Program-made: the position numbers and the translations under genes
Assembly (NCBI GenBank): GCA_041737595.1
Contig: JBGSRK010000005.1
Location: 32,001 to 96,000 of the forward strand
Source of the DNA: Patescibacteria group bacterium
GTDB lineage: Bacteria > Patescibacteriota > CPR2 > UBA1875
Length of the DNA: 64,000 nt
Direction of reading: 5' to 3'
The notes under the pieces: generated by a model
What the model was told of the DNA's origin: nothing
What the model saw: only the letters and a program-made list of their open reading frames with translations
Database searches by the model: none
Shown: positions 21,053 through 30,850 of the stretch, one piece after another
Layout: every line of letters begins with the position of its first letter
Numbering within the stretch: position 1 is the first letter of the stretch

Positions 21053-22267
21053 TTATTCATAACGGAGTGCTTCGATTGGATCTTTTTTAGCGGCGCGAAG
21101 AGCGGGCCATAAGCCAAAAATTACACCTATTATGGTTGAGATTCCTATTGCAAGACCAACTACAGATGGAGTTATGGCGGGGGTCAAATCAGTTTTCGAA
21201 GCTACAACTCCTGAAACTGCAAATGAAATACCAAGCCCAATCAAACCACCAACCATTGTGACCATTACGGCTTCTATCAAAAATTGTAATGCAATGTCAA
21301 AACGTGTCGCACCAACTGCCTTCCGAAGACCTATTTCCTTTGTTCTTTCGGTGACAGTAACAAGCATAATATTCATAATTCCAATCCCACCAACAAGCAA
21401 GGATATTGATGCAATTGCTGATACAAGAGTGGTTAACAACCCCAAAAGATCATCCAATAAACCAACGATATCATCTTGAGTAAGCACAGTGAAATCCTCT
21501 TCATTTTCATGATTTTTAAGCATTGTGCTTTTTACGGACTCTTTTACATCGAGTACCTTATACCCGTCAGTTACTTTAATCATAATCCGTTGAATATTTA
21601 CTTTATTTTGGTTTATCCTTGTGGCCGTATCAAATGGTATTGCAGCAAGAGTTGAAAATTGATCTCCAAAGACGCTAGATGCTTCAACTTCACTAAATAC
21701 ACCGATTACCTTAAAATCTTCTTTCCCAACTTTTACAATTTTATTAACTGGGTCTTCATTTTCAAAAAGGTCTTTTTTTGTTTTTGGCCCTATAATTACA
21801 ACATTACCTGATTTATTTGATTTAAAAGTAGCACCCGATTCTACCTTAATAATTTGTAATGTTTCCCCTATTTCGGGGTATGTCCCTATTATCATTGGGA
21901 TAGTCTTTTTATCATTATATGATATTTCACCAGGGACAAGTGACATTGGTGCAATTTTATCAACTCCTTCTACTTCACTTATTTTATCCATATCACTTAC
22001 AGTTAAAACATTCCCACTCACAAAATTTGCAGGATTTGTTTGCTGCATACCTTGAGGATTGTTTGTGTCTATTTTGCCAGCGACTACAAACAATAAATTA
22101 GAGCCGAACCCTTTTACAAGACCCGAGACATCATTTTTTAAACCCTGCCCTAAAGAAATTAAAATTGTTACAGAAGATACTCCAATTACAATCCCAAGTA
22201 CGGTTAAAAGACTTCTTACTTTATTACCAAAAATTGACATTAATGCACTTTTTATTCCCTCAATCAT
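21053..22267 (-). CDS. MacB/FtsX-type ABC transporter permease
   Basis: RS.LT.LGIVIGV, GGIGIMNIMLVTVTERTKEIGLRKAVGA, DPIEALRYE. Confidence 0.93.
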   Translation of the reverse strand: MIEGIKSALMSIFGNKVRSLLTVLGIVIGVSSVTILISLGQGLKNDVSGLVKGFGSNLLFVVAGKIDTNNPQGMQQTNPANFVSGNVLTVSDMDKISEVEGVDKIAPMSLVPGEISYNDKKTIPMIIGTYPEIGETLQIIKVESGATFKSNKSGNVVIIGPKTKKDLFENEDPVNKIVKVGKEDFKVIGVFSEVEASSVFGDQFSTLAAIPFDTATRINQNKVNIQRIMIKVTDGYKVLDVKESVKSTMLKNHENEEDFTVLTQDDIVGLLDDLLGLLTTLVSAIASISLLVGGIGIMNIMLVTVTERTKEIGLRKAVGATRFDIALQFLIEAVMVTMVGGLIGLGISFAVSGVVASKTDLTPAITPSVVGLAIGISTIIGVIFGLWPALRAAKKDPIEALRYE

Positions 22268-22944
22268 TTTGCCTCCTTTATCAGCTTACCATCCATGATT
22301 TTATAGGTTCTTTTAGCATAATCTGCTATTTTTTGATCATGCGTAATAAGTATAATAGTCTTCCCCTTTTTATTTAAATCAACTAAAACTTTCATTATTT
22401 CTTGCCCACTTTTTGAATCAAGATTTCCAGTGGGTTCATCAGCAAGTATTATATCAGGATCATTAATAAGAGCTCGCGCGATTGCAACTCTTTGAGTTTC
22501 GCCCCCTGAAAGTTCTGATGGCTTGTGTTTTATTCTATTTTTAAGACCAACTTCTGAAAGAAGATTAACAGCTCTTTCTTGAGCAGATTTTTTCCCAATT
22601 TTTTTATAGATTGTTGGCATCACAACATTAGAAAGTGCTGTCATTTTATTCAAAAGATTAAACTGTTGGAAAATAAAACCAATTTTTTCGGAACGGATTT
22701 TAGCAAGCTTAGAATCTGGCATACTCATATTTATCTTTTTATTATCAATTAAAAGATCTCCAGAGGTTGGCCTATCAAGTAATCCTATTATGTGCATTAA
22801 GGTTGATTTGCCAGAGCCAGAGGGCCCCATAATAGCTATTATTTCTCCCTTTTCTACTTTAATAGAAATACCACAAACTGCGTTAACAGATAATTTACCT
22901 GATTTATAGGTTTTAGTAACATTTTTTAGTTCAATAATAGGCAT
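22264..22944 (-). CDS. LolD/MacB-type ABC ATPase
   Basis: GPSGSGKS, LSGGETQR, ILADEPTGNLD. Confidence 0.95.
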   Translation of the reverse strand: MPIIELKNVTKTYKSGKLSVNAVCGISIKVEKGEIIAIMGPSGSGKSTLMHIIGLLDRPTSGDLLIDNKKINMSMPDSKLAKIRSEKIGFIFQQFNLLNKMTALSNVVMPTIYKKIGKKSAQERAVNLLSEVGLKNRIKHKPSELSGGETQRVAIARALINDPDIILADEPTGNLDSKSGQEIMKVLVDLNKKGKTIILITHDQKIADYAKRTYKIMDGKLIKEAK

Positions 22945-22945
22945 A

Positions 22946-23680
22946 TTATTTCCATTCCATTGTGGCCATCATTTTTTCAAAATAATTTGTAATTTCTGCT
23001 ACAACTAAATCTGTAGTACTTGTGCTTTCTGAATGGAAAAAATAATTATGGTTATTTTGAATTTGATAACCCGACCCAGTTTTAGGTATTGTAGAAATTG
23101 AATAACCATTAAGATTAGCATTGTCACACATTAAATTTTCACCACTATTTAATGAATTATCTATCTCTTTTTTATTTGAAAGGATGAGTTTATTTGCCAA
23201 TATTTCAGTTGAATAAGTAATATTCTTTTTAACACAAGTTCCTCCTCGACCAAATATTTCGTCCATATTTAATGAAATTGCATATTTTTTTTCCTGGTTA
23301 TCAAAGATAACATTATCAATAGAAAAAACATTTGAACCTACATAAGTACTACCACTGCTTGTCTCATTTTCACTAACAACAAAGGAGCTCGGGTATTTAA
23401 TAGAAAAATTATATTTAGTGCTTGTATACGTTTTCCAATCTTTCATTTCATCATTCGAAACAGACGAAGATGTCGTTTTATTAAAATTTAGTTTAGTAGA
23501 ATAGTCTTCGTTATAATTTCTTGATCCTAAATACCAATATATTCCATAACCTATTAACGTTACAACAATTGCAAGAATTGAAAAAGCCGCAATAGTTTCT
23601 AAATGAAGATTTTTCTTATTTATATCTTTTTCAACCTCTTTTTTAAATTCATCAACTTGTTTTTTCTCTTTTTCTGTCAT
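22946..23680 (-). CDS. Single-TM exported protein, PsbP-like
   Basis: TM helix then WKTYTSTKYNFSIKYP motif. Confidence 0.6.
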   Translation of the reverse strand: MTEKEKKQVDEFKKEVEKDINKKNLHLETIAAFSILAIVVTLIGYGIYWYLGSRNYNEDYSTKLNFNKTTSSSVSNDEMKDWKTYTSTKYNFSIKYPSSFVVSENETSSGSTYVGSNVFSIDNVIFDNQEKKYAISLNMDEIFGRGGTCVKKNITYSTEILANKLILSNKKEIDNSLNSGENLMCDNANLNGYSISTIPKTGSGYQIQNNHNYFFHSESTSTTDLVVAEITNYFEKMMATMEWK

Positions 23681-23775
23681 AATTATCCCCTTTTTTGTTT
23701 TTTGTATTAACCAACAAATATATTATCACTCTTGTCAATAAATATCAAACCAAAGCGCTTACTTAATAAGTTAAT

Positions 23776-23801
23776 ACTTTACTAATGTACATTAGTAAAG
23801 T
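23776..23801. repeat. 26-bp perfect palindrome
   Basis: ACTTTACTAATGTACATTAGTAAAGT. Confidence 0.85.
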
Positions 23802-23821
23802 GCTTTTTTATAAAAAGCAAT

Positions 23822-23854
23822 AGACCGGCCTCGCGAAATCGCGAAGACCGGTCT
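23822..23854 (-). terminator. GC-rich 3' hairpin of unit 1a
   Basis: AGACCGG..TCGCGA/TCGCGA..CCGGTCT, followed by ATTGCTTTTT on minus. Confidence 0.7.
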
Positions 23855-23861
23855 TTACTTG

Positions 23862-24152
23862 TTATACCTCATACACGCACATCGTTACTTCGCCCAGACA
23901 AGCTGGTGCTTCAGCATGATATATCTTGCCTGTAGCGTGCACTTCGATTCGATAATGTAGAGTTACTCCTTCAAGATTACCGGAAAGAAGTGTGAACGAC
24001 CCCTTAATTGAATCAAGAAGATTGCGCTCATAGAGAGCATCAAGCAACTCTCTTCTAACTCGAATCGTTCCATTTGTTGTCTCTTTACCATCGGCCCGAT
24101 AGACCTTTGTGAAAAGTGGTTCCCTGTTGGAAACCGCAGCATCTGTCCCCAT
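23862..24152 (-). CDS. Hypothetical protein (GC-rich unit 1a), 96 aa
   Basis: SD AAGGGGG, own promoter and 3' hairpin. Confidence 0.7.
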   Translation of the reverse strand: MGTDAAVSNREPLFTKVYRADGKETTNGTIRVRRELLDALYERNLLDSIKGSFTLLSGNLEGVTLHYRIEVHATGKIYHAEAPACLGEVTMCVYEV

Positions 24153-24230
24153 CTCGTTACCCCCTTAAACTGATGGAATGAGTTTTTTCGACATATGCTG
24201 TGGTGCTTGAGGCATTTAACAAGCAAAACA

Positions 24231-24259
24231 ATAATAACTTTAATTTTGAGCCACGTCAA
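24231..24259 (-). promoter_or_regulatory. sigma70-like promoter of unit 1a
   Basis: TTGACG-17-TATTAT. Confidence 0.7.
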
Positions 24260-24286
24260 GCCAATATTATATTAACTTAGAAAAAC

Positions 24287-24312
24287 ACCCTAGGTATATT
24301 TCAACCTAGGGT
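24287..24312 (-). terminator. 3' hairpin of unit 1b
   Basis: ACCCTAGGT-8-ACCTAGGGT then GTTTTT on minus. Confidence 0.7.
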
Positions 24313-24334
24313 AGTTGCTCAACCAACGAGGCTT

Positions 24335-24664
24335 TCACCGATGTATCCTTGGATCAATTTGGGAAGTGAGTTCAAAATCAAAATACCTTATCTTCCCCTC
24401 CCCTTCACAAACAGTCCGGTAGACACAGTTGAACCTTCGCCCCTTGTTTCCAATTTCGAAGACTCCAACCGAAGTCTGAAACGCCTCAGCCCGGGAACCA
24501 AGTCGAATCCCGAACTTAGCCAACGTTCTACGTGCCTCGGCTACTATTTCGGTACACGATTGGCATGGATCTTTCCCGACAAGAGGGACCGTAATGATGC
24601 CATAGTTGGTCCTTCTATAACCAGAAGTGTCGCACTCCATCTTGAGCCTCCTCACGTCGCCCAT
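24335..24664 (-). CDS. Hypothetical protein with CxxC (unit 1b)
   Basis: Overlaps upstream ORF end; ends just before the 3' hairpin. Confidence 0.6.
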   Translation of the reverse strand: MGDVRRLKMECDTSGYRRTNYGIITVPLVGKDPCQSCTEIVAEARRTLAKFGIRLGSRAEAFQTSVGVFEIGNKGRRFNCVYRTVCEGEGKIRYFDFELTSQIDPRIHR

Positions 24665-24939
24665 TGCTTGAGTATGACATTACCATCCTTGAGTGAACAT
24701 GAATACACCGACATAAGGATGCCGGTTCGGGAATGAACCTGAATTCTGACAACTTGTGATAGATATCCACTTCGTGGGACGATGTTCTTATTGACATCGA
24801 ATGCACGAAATGACGTATCGCACTCGCTATCAGGAAGGCCATACCCATTGGAACGAATACGACGAAGTTCAGTGAAGACACACTCGAGCATATCTTCGTC
24901 AGGGCAACCTATGAGCTCAATGTTTATAGGCTCATTCAT
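24652..24939 (-). CDS. Hypothetical protein (unit 1b)
   Basis: Start MNEPINI at 24939 with GAGGT SD and ATGA overlap with upstream ORF. Confidence 0.62.
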   Translation of the reverse strand: MNEPINIELIGCPDEDMLECVFTELRRIRSNGYGLPDSECDTSFRAFDVNKNIVPRSGYLSQVVRIQVHSRTGILMSVYSCSLKDGNVILKQWAT

Positions 24940-25214
24940 GCTGCCACCTCTTCGATACCCGAGATAGTATACCAAGCTTTCACCTGGTAAGTACTATCTG
25001 TCTTTTCGACACGAGCTTCCACCTTTTGACCATCCGTATTAGTAAAATCAATACGAATGATTTTCTTGATGACGATTTTGACACTTACTGTCTTAAAACC
25101 GTAAACAAGAAGTAGAAGCTTCTCACAAGCAAGAGTCAGGGTACATATTTCTTTTGCGGTTGGACGTCCAGCTGAGGACTCAATCGCAAGATCAAGAATG
25201 TTATTCACATCCAT
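24936..25214 (-). CDS. Hypothetical protein (unit 1b)
   Basis: Start MDVNN at 25214 after AAGGGGGG; TATAAT at 25263-25258. Confidence 0.62.
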   Translation of the reverse strand: MDVNNILDLAIESSAGRPTAKEICTLTLACEKLLLLVYGFKTVSVKIVIKKIIRIDFTNTDGQKVEARVEKTDSTYQVKAWYTISGIEEVAA

Positions 25215-25297
25215 TTTGAGCCCCCCTTGGGTTCCTACCGTCTCTGACGTTATCGGCATTATATACCAAAAAAACTAATTTTAAAAGAATAAAAAAC

Positions 25298-25325
25298 AAA
25301 AAAAGCAGCTTTCGCTGCTTTTTTT
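25298..25325 (-). terminator. Intrinsic terminator after rpsJ
   Basis: A-tract GCAGC-TTTC-GCTGC T-tract. Confidence 0.8.
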
Positions 25326-25371
25326 GAATAGTTCTAGACCATCCGCCCATTGGCGAATAAAGTCTTCGGTT

Positions 25372-25692
25372 TTACATTTTTATTTCGATATCAACACCCG
25401 CTGGTAGAGAAATATTCATTAGACTATCAATTGTCTTCGCATTTGGTTCAAGAATATCTATAAGTCTTTTATGAACTCTCATTTCAAACTGTTCTCGGGC
25501 ATTTTTATCAACATTCGAAGCCCTAAGCACTGTTATTGGAGTTCGATCAGTTGGAAGCGGAATCGGACCAGAAATTTTTGAACCACTTCTTTGCGCGGTT
25601 TCAATTATTTGTTTAACAGACTGGTCAATGATCTTATGATCATATGCTTTCAGTTTAATTCTGATTCTTTGAGGTTTCTTTTCTTCTACCAT
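25372..25692 (-). CDS. rpsJ: 30S ribosomal protein uS10
   Basis: [30 protein letters not shown]. Confidence 0.97.
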   Translation of the reverse strand: MVEEKKPQRIRIKLKAYDHKIIDQSVKQIIETAQRSGSKISGPIPLPTDRTPITVLRASNVDKNAREQFEMRVHKRLIDILEPNAKTIDSLMNISLPAGVDIEIKM

Positions 25693-25721
25693 TTTTTGTA
25701 AGGTTCCTTGCGTTTATCGCT

Positions 25722-26900
25722 TTATTTTGTAATCTTTGTTACTATACCCGCACCAACTGTTCTACCACCTTCTCGGATAGCGAACTTAAGACCTTGGTCC
25801 ATAGCAATTGGTTGCATAAGTTTAACATTGAAAGTGATTTTATCACCTGGCATTACCATTTCGGTACCTGCAGGCAGTTCTACTTCTCCTGTAACATCTG
25901 TTGTTCGAATATAGAATTGAGGTTTGTATCCTTTAAAGAATGGTGTATGTCGTCCACCTTCTTCTTTTGTTAGGATATAAACTTCTGCTTCAAATTCTGT
26001 GTGAGGTGTAATTGAACCTGGTTTTGCAAGAACCATACCACGTTCGATATCATCTTTTTCAATACCACGTAGTAAAAGTCCTGCGTTATCACCAGCTTGA
26101 CCTTGGTCAAGTTGTTTTTTGAACATTTCTACACCAGTAACAACAGTTTTTCTTGTTTCTTTTATCCCAACAATTTCTACTTCTTCATTGATTTTAATAA
26201 TACCTGATTCAATACGACCCGTAGCAACTGTTCCACGACCTTTAATCGAGAAAACATCTTCTACCGGCATAAGGAAAGGTTTATCTAAATCACGAACTGG
26301 TTCTGGGATAAAATCATCAAGAGCTTTAACAAGTTCAAGTATAGATTCTTCATATTTAGCATCGCCTTCAAGAGCTTTAAGAGCTGAACCACGAATAATT
26401 GGAGCATTGTCTCCATCAAAATCATATTTTGAAAGCAATTCTCTAATTTCCATTTCAACAAGATCAAGCATTTCTTCATCGGCTACCATGTCACATTTAT
26501 TCATAAAAACAACAATTTTAGCTACACCAACTTGGTTAGCAAGCAAAATGTGTTCACGAGTTTGTGGCATTGGACCATCTGTTGCAGCTACAACTAATAT
26601 AGCTCCGTCCATCTGAGCTGCGCCGGTAATCATGTTTTTAACATAATCTGCATGACCCGGACAGTCAACGTGTGCATAATGTCTTTTATCTGATTCATAT
26701 TCAACGTGAGCGGTAGAAATAGTTATACCACGTTCACGTTCTTCAGGGGCTTTATCAATATTTTCGAAGGCAGTAAATTCTGCTTTACCGTCTTTTGAAA
26801 GAACTTTAGTAATAGCAGCTGTCAAAGTTGTTTTCCCATGGTCTACGTGACCTATAGTACCGACATTGACATGAGGTTTTGAACGATCAAATGTTGCCAT
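25722..26900 (-). CDS. tuf: Elongation factor Tu
   Basis: [25 protein letters not shown]. Confidence 0.99.
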   Translation of the reverse strand: MATFDRSKPHVNVGTIGHVDHGKTTLTAAITKVLSKDGKAEFTAFENIDKAPEERERGITISTAHVEYESDKRHYAHVDCPGHADYVKNMITGAAQMDGAILVVAATDGPMPQTREHILLANQVGVAKIVVFMNKCDMVADEEMLDLVEMEIRELLSKYDFDGDNAPIIRGSALKALEGDAKYEESILELVKALDDFIPEPVRDLDKPFLMPVEDVFSIKGRGTVATGRIESGIIKINEEVEIVGIKETRKTVVTGVEMFKKQLDQGQAGDNAGLLLRGIEKDDIERGMVLAKPGSITPHTEFEAEVYILTKEEGGRHTPFFKGYKPQFYIRTTDVTGEVELPAGTEMVMPGDKITFNVKLMQPIAMDQGLKFAIREGGRTVGAGIVTKITK

Positions 26901-26994
26901 TTGGGGTCCTCCTTTAGATTAACTTTATAGTTTAGACAATAAAACTTATCCACAATAAGTGGAATTGGTAACTAACTTTTTGTGTTACTTCGCT

Positions 26995-27023
26995 ATTCTA
27001 TTATAATTTGAGTTGATTTGCAA
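26995..27023 (-). promoter_or_regulatory. tuf promoter
   Basis: TTGCAA-17-TAGAAT; TTATCCACA at 26946-26954 in the leader. Confidence 0.65.
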
Positions 27024-27045
27024 GTATTTTTATCTAAAATGACAG

Positions 27046-27067
27046 GACCCCGCCGGTTGGCGGGGTC
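27046..27067 (-). terminator. GC-rich 3' hairpin of unit 2
   Basis: GACCCCGCC-4-GGCGGGGTC; weak U-tract. Confidence 0.6.
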
Positions 27068-27088
27068 AATGGACAAGAAGAGGATCAT

Positions 27089-27265
27089 TCAGTCGAGGTG
27101 CATGTATGAAAAGGCTGCGTCACGTTCTTCGCGAAAAGTGCGTACCTTCGGCGAAACCAGTGATGCCAACCAAATCGGAAATTCGATCAGCATACACATA
27201 ATCGCGCTGAGTACGACGAGAGTGATCAAAACCGAATCGATCACCCATTCTTTGAATCTAAACAT
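27089..27265 (-). CDS. Small membrane protein, 58 aa (unit 2; not in ORF track)
   Basis: GGGAGG SD; MFRFKEWVIDSVLITLVVLSAIMCMLIEFPIWLASLVSPKVRTFREERDAAFSYMHLD*. Confidence 0.7.
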   Translation of the reverse strand: MFRFKEWVIDSVLITLVVLSAIMCMLIEFPIWLASLVSPKVRTFREERDAAFSYMHLD

Positions 27266-27275
27266 AGCGGCCTCC

Positions 27276-27596
27276 CTATCCTAGGCCCATTTCGTTGAGC
27301 TCGTCGAGAGTCGAGTTGTAGTCGGGCTCAAAGTTCGGTTTGATGAAACGGCCATGAATTCGAGATTCTTCGAGTTCCCTCACAAGCATATCATGTGCGG
27401 GCTTGTTGTGACATTGAGTACAAACGCTCGGCGACTCAAAGTCACAGTCGATACAGATCGCCGGATCAGGCCTGCCGGAGTTCTTTGCTCGCAACAGACG
27501 GATGACTCCGCCTGCCACAACTACTACAAAAGCGACCAAAAGAACCAAAACGATGGCACCTTCGGTTGTCGAGATAAGACCAATGAACCTCCCCAT
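27276..27596 (-). CDS. TM protein with CxxC-x7-CxxC (unit 2)
   Basis: GGGAGG SD, one TM, CIDC/CTQC. Confidence 0.72.
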   Translation of the reverse strand: MGRFIGLISTTEGAIVLVLLVAFVVVVAGGVIRLLRAKNSGRPDPAICIDCDFESPSVCTQCHNKPAHDMLVRELEESRIHGRFIKPNFEPDYNSTLDELNEMGLG

Positions 27597-27647
27597 GTTT
27601 CCTCCCTTAGGTTCGCACGGATTTACACCGTGAATATTAATACGATT

Positions 27648-27675
27648 ATTATATAATATTTTTAAAATAATTCAA
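27648..27675 (-). promoter_or_regulatory. sigma70-like promoter of unit 2
   Basis: TTGAAT-16-TATAAT. Confidence 0.6.
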
Positions 27676-27681
27676 TAACAC

Positions 27682-27708
27682 AAAAAGAGCCCACATGGGC
27701 TCTTTTTT
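27682..27708 (-). terminator. Intrinsic terminator after fusA
   Basis: AAAAAGAGCCCA-CA-TGGGCTCTTTTT. Confidence 0.8.
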
Positions 27709-27720
27709 ATAATTATTTTG

Positions 27721-29832
27721 TTATTCAGTTTCTAGATCTACTTCTGTTTCTGATTCTAATTTACTGCCACGTTTTGCTTTAATTTCTTCGGCAATGTTAT
27801 TTGGAACTTCTTCATAATGGTCAAATTCCATTGCATAAGAAGCTCTTCCTTGAGTCATAGAACGAAGGGATGTTGCATAACCAAACATTTCTGAAAGTGG
27901 GACAAAAGCATCTACCACTTTTGCACTAGCCCTATCTTCCATCTTTTGAATTCGGCCACGTTTTGAGTTAAGGTCACCCATAACATCACCCATAAATTCT
28001 TCAGGGGTTACAACTTCTACTTTCATAACAGGCTCCATAATTACTGGTTTACCCTTTTTAACACCTTCTTGGAAAGCCATTGAACCTGCAATTTTAAAAG
28101 CCATTTCTGATGAATCAACTTCGTGATATGAACCTTCAAGAAGTGTAACTTTAATATCTACAACTGGGTATCCAGCGATAACACCATTAGCCATAGCATC
28201 TTTAACCCCTTGTTCAACTGGTTTTATATATTCTTTTGGTACAGAACCACCAACAATTTTGTTTACGAATTCAAATCCTCCGCCTTGTTCCATCGGTTCA
28301 ACTTCAAGCCAAACGTGACCATATTGACCACGACCACCAGTCTGTTTGATATATTTACCTTCAGCTTTATTAGCATTTTTAATTGTTTCACGGTAAGCAA
28401 CTTGAGGTTTACCAACATTTGCCTCAACCTTAAATTCTCTTTTCATACGATCAACAATAATTTCAAGATGTAATTCACCCATACCACCAATAATTGTTTG
28501 GTTTGTATCTTCATCAGTTCTAACCACAAAAGTTGGATCTTCTTCTGCTAAACGAGAAAGTGCAACACCCATTTTTTCTTGGTCAGCTTTAGTTTTTGGT
28601 TCTATTGCAATATGAATAACTGGATCAGGGAAAGTTATTGCCTCAAGTATTACTGGATTTGCAGCATCACAAAGTGTATCTCCAGTTGTAACTTTTTTCA
28701 AGCCAACTGCAGCTGCAATCTCTCCTGAATATACTTGATCAACATCTTCTCTCTGATTTGCATGTAATCTAATAATTCGGCCTAAACGCTCTTTTTCACC
28801 AGTGGTTGAATTATGAACATATGAACCAGCCATAATTGTTCCAGAATATACACGGAAAAATGCGAGTTTACCAACAAATGGATCAGATGCAATTTTGAAA
28901 GCAAGAGCAGTAAATGGTTCTTCGTCAGAAGCATGTCTTTCAACCTCTTCGCCTGTCTTAACATCAATTGCCTTAATTGCAGGAACATCAAGTGGGTTTG
29001 GTAAAAAATTTACGATAGCATCAAGTAATGTTTCTACTATTACTCCTCGTCCATCACCACCCATAATTGGAAAAAAATCACCGGCTAGAACAGATTTTCG
29101 AATAGCTGTAATAAGTTCTTCTTCGGTCAGTTCTCCCCCGTTAAGATATTTTTCCATTATAACTTCATCAGCTTCTACAGCTTTTTCTAAAAGCTCGTGT
29201 CTATATTTTTCGACTTTTTCTTTCATATCTTCAGGGATTTCAATTTCAGTTAATTCTTTATCTTTATAATCTGTATATTTGTATGCTTTTCTAGTAATAA
29301 TATCGACAACACCATTTATGGCTTGTTCAAAACCTATTGGTAATTGTATAGGATATGCATTTTTTGAAAGTCTTTCTTTTATTGAATCAAGGGATTTATA
29401 AAAATCTCCACCAGTTTGATTTATTTTATTAATAAAACAAATTCGTGGGACATGATATTTATCAGCTTGGCGCCAAACTGTTTCAGATTGAGGTTCTACA
29501 CCCATTTTCCCATCAAAAACCACAACTGCACCATCAAGCACTCGAAGTGAACGTTCAACTTCAACTGTAAAGTCCACGTGTCCTGGAGTATCAATAATAT
29601 TTATTCTTTTTTGTTTCCAAAAACAAGTTGTTGCTGCAGAAGTAATTGTTATCCCACGTTCTCTTTCCTGTTCCATCCAATCCATAGTTGCTTCACCTTC
29701 GTGAACTTCACCTATTTTATGAGTTTTACCAGTTCTATAAAGAACACCTTCTGTAACTGTGGTTTTACCGGCATCTATATGTGCGATAATACCAATATTT
29801 CTAGTATCTTTTAAGCTATATTCTCGAGCCAT
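27721..29832 (-). CDS. fusA: Elongation factor G
   Basis: [28 protein letters not shown]; G4/G5 atypical. Confidence 0.98.
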   Translation of the reverse strand: MAREYSLKDTRNIGIIAHIDAGKTTVTEGVLYRTGKTHKIGEVHEGEATMDWMEQERERGITITSAATTCFWKQKRINIIDTPGHVDFTVEVERSLRVLDGAVVVFDGKMGVEPQSETVWRQADKYHVPRICFINKINQTGGDFYKSLDSIKERLSKNAYPIQLPIGFEQAINGVVDIITRKAYKYTDYKDKELTEIEIPEDMKEKVEKYRHELLEKAVEADEVIMEKYLNGGELTEEELITAIRKSVLAGDFFPIMGGDGRGVIVETLLDAIVNFLPNPLDVPAIKAIDVKTGEEVERHASDEEPFTALAFKIASDPFVGKLAFFRVYSGTIMAGSYVHNSTTGEKERLGRIIRLHANQREDVDQVYSGEIAAAVGLKKVTTGDTLCDAANPVILEAITFPDPVIHIAIEPKTKADQEKMGVALSRLAEEDPTFVVRTDEDTNQTIIGGMGELHLEIIVDRMKREFKVEANVGKPQVAYRETIKNANKAEGKYIKQTGGRGQYGHVWLEVEPMEQGGGFEFVNKIVGGSVPKEYIKPVEQGVKDAMANGVIAGYPVVDIKVTLLEGSYHEVDSSEMAFKIAGSMAFQEGVKKGKPVIMEPVMKVEVVTPEEFMGDVMGDLNSKRGRIQKMEDRASAKVVDAFVPLSEMFGYATSLRSMTQGRASYAMEFDHYEEVPNNIAEEIKAKRGSKLESETEVDLETE

Positions 29833-29855
29833 ATTTCCCTTATCCCCTCTTTATT

Positions 29856-30332
29856 TTAGTATCTAGCAAAATGGGCAAAGGCTTTATTTGCTTCGGCCAT
29901 TTTATGAGTGTCTTCTCTTTTTTTAACTGCATTACCAGTGCCATTTGCTGCATCCATTAATTCCTCTGCTAAACAAACATCAAAAGGTTTACCTTTTCTG
30001 GCCCTTGCAGCTTCTCTTAGCCAAACAATGCCATAATGCATTCTTCTTGTAGGGCTAACTTCGATTGGGATTTGATAATTTGAACCACCGATTCTTCTAG
30101 ATTTAACCTGGACAGTGGGTGAAGCATTTTTAAGAGCTTCTTCAAAAACCTGGATAGGATCTTTTTTTGTTTTTTCAGCAATAATATCCATTGCTGAATA
30201 AAAAAGTCTTTGGGCTATTGATCTTTTCCCATCTAACATAAATTTACCAATAAATTTTGAAACTACAATATTTTGGAATCTTTCATCTGGTTGGATTTTA
30301 TTTCTTTTTGCTCTTCTTGGATCTCTTGCCAT
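29856..30332 (-). CDS. rpsG: 30S ribosomal protein uS7
   Basis: SRRIGGSNYQIP, HKMAEANKAFAH. Confidence 0.97.
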   Translation of the reverse strand: MARDPRRAKRNKIQPDERFQNIVVSKFIGKFMLDGKRSIAQRLFYSAMDIIAEKTKKDPIQVFEEALKNASPTVQVKSRRIGGSNYQIPIEVSPTRRMHYGIVWLREAARARKGKPFDVCLAEELMDAANGTGNAVKKREDTHKMAEANKAFAHFARY

Positions 30333-30334
30333 AT

Positions 30335-30742
30335 TTAACCTTTTTTAGCCCCGTATTTAGAGCGTCCCTTCTTTCTATTAGCAACTCCAGCTGTATCTAA
30401 AACTCCTCGGACAATATGGTATCTAACACCTGGTAAGTCTTTTACCCTGCCTCCGCGTATCATAACAACACTGTGTTCTTGTAGATTATGCCCGATACCA
30501 GGGATATAAGCTGTAACTTCCATACCGTTTGAAAGTCTTACCCTTGCGATTTTTCGAAGTGCAGAGTTAGGTTTTTTAGGAGTTGTTGTTGAAACTTTAA
30601 CACAAACTCCCCTCTTAAATGGAGAGTTTGTTGGTTTTACTTTATTTTTAAGAGTATTAAGTGTTCTCCCCATTGCTGGTGCTTTGGTTTTTCGAACTTT
30701 TGTTACTCTTCCTTTTCTTACTAGTTGATTTATTGTAGGCAT
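30335..30742 (-). CDS. rpsL: 30S ribosomal protein uS12
   Basis: [32 protein letters not shown]. Confidence 0.98.
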   Translation of the reverse strand: MPTINQLVRKGRVTKVRKTKAPAMGRTLNTLKNKVKPTNSPFKRGVCVKVSTTTPKKPNSALRKIARVRLSNGMEVTAYIPGIGHNLQEHSVVMIRGGRVKDLPGVRYHIVRGVLDTAGVANRKKGRSKYGAKKG

Positions 30743-30850
30743 ACGTATTCACCCCAAAAATCGGCAGATTTTTGGGGACCCCGATTTTTCTTTGATTAGT
30801 TTATTTGTTTTAATCATATTTATTATTTAACCTGTACGATTCTAGCAGAA

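Noticed and set aside
23775-23802. Chromosomal dif site
   Set aside because: Core TAA-TGTACA-TTA is dif-like, but the XerD arm does not match TTATGTTAAAT and gene orientation does not switch here; kept only as an unexplained palindrome
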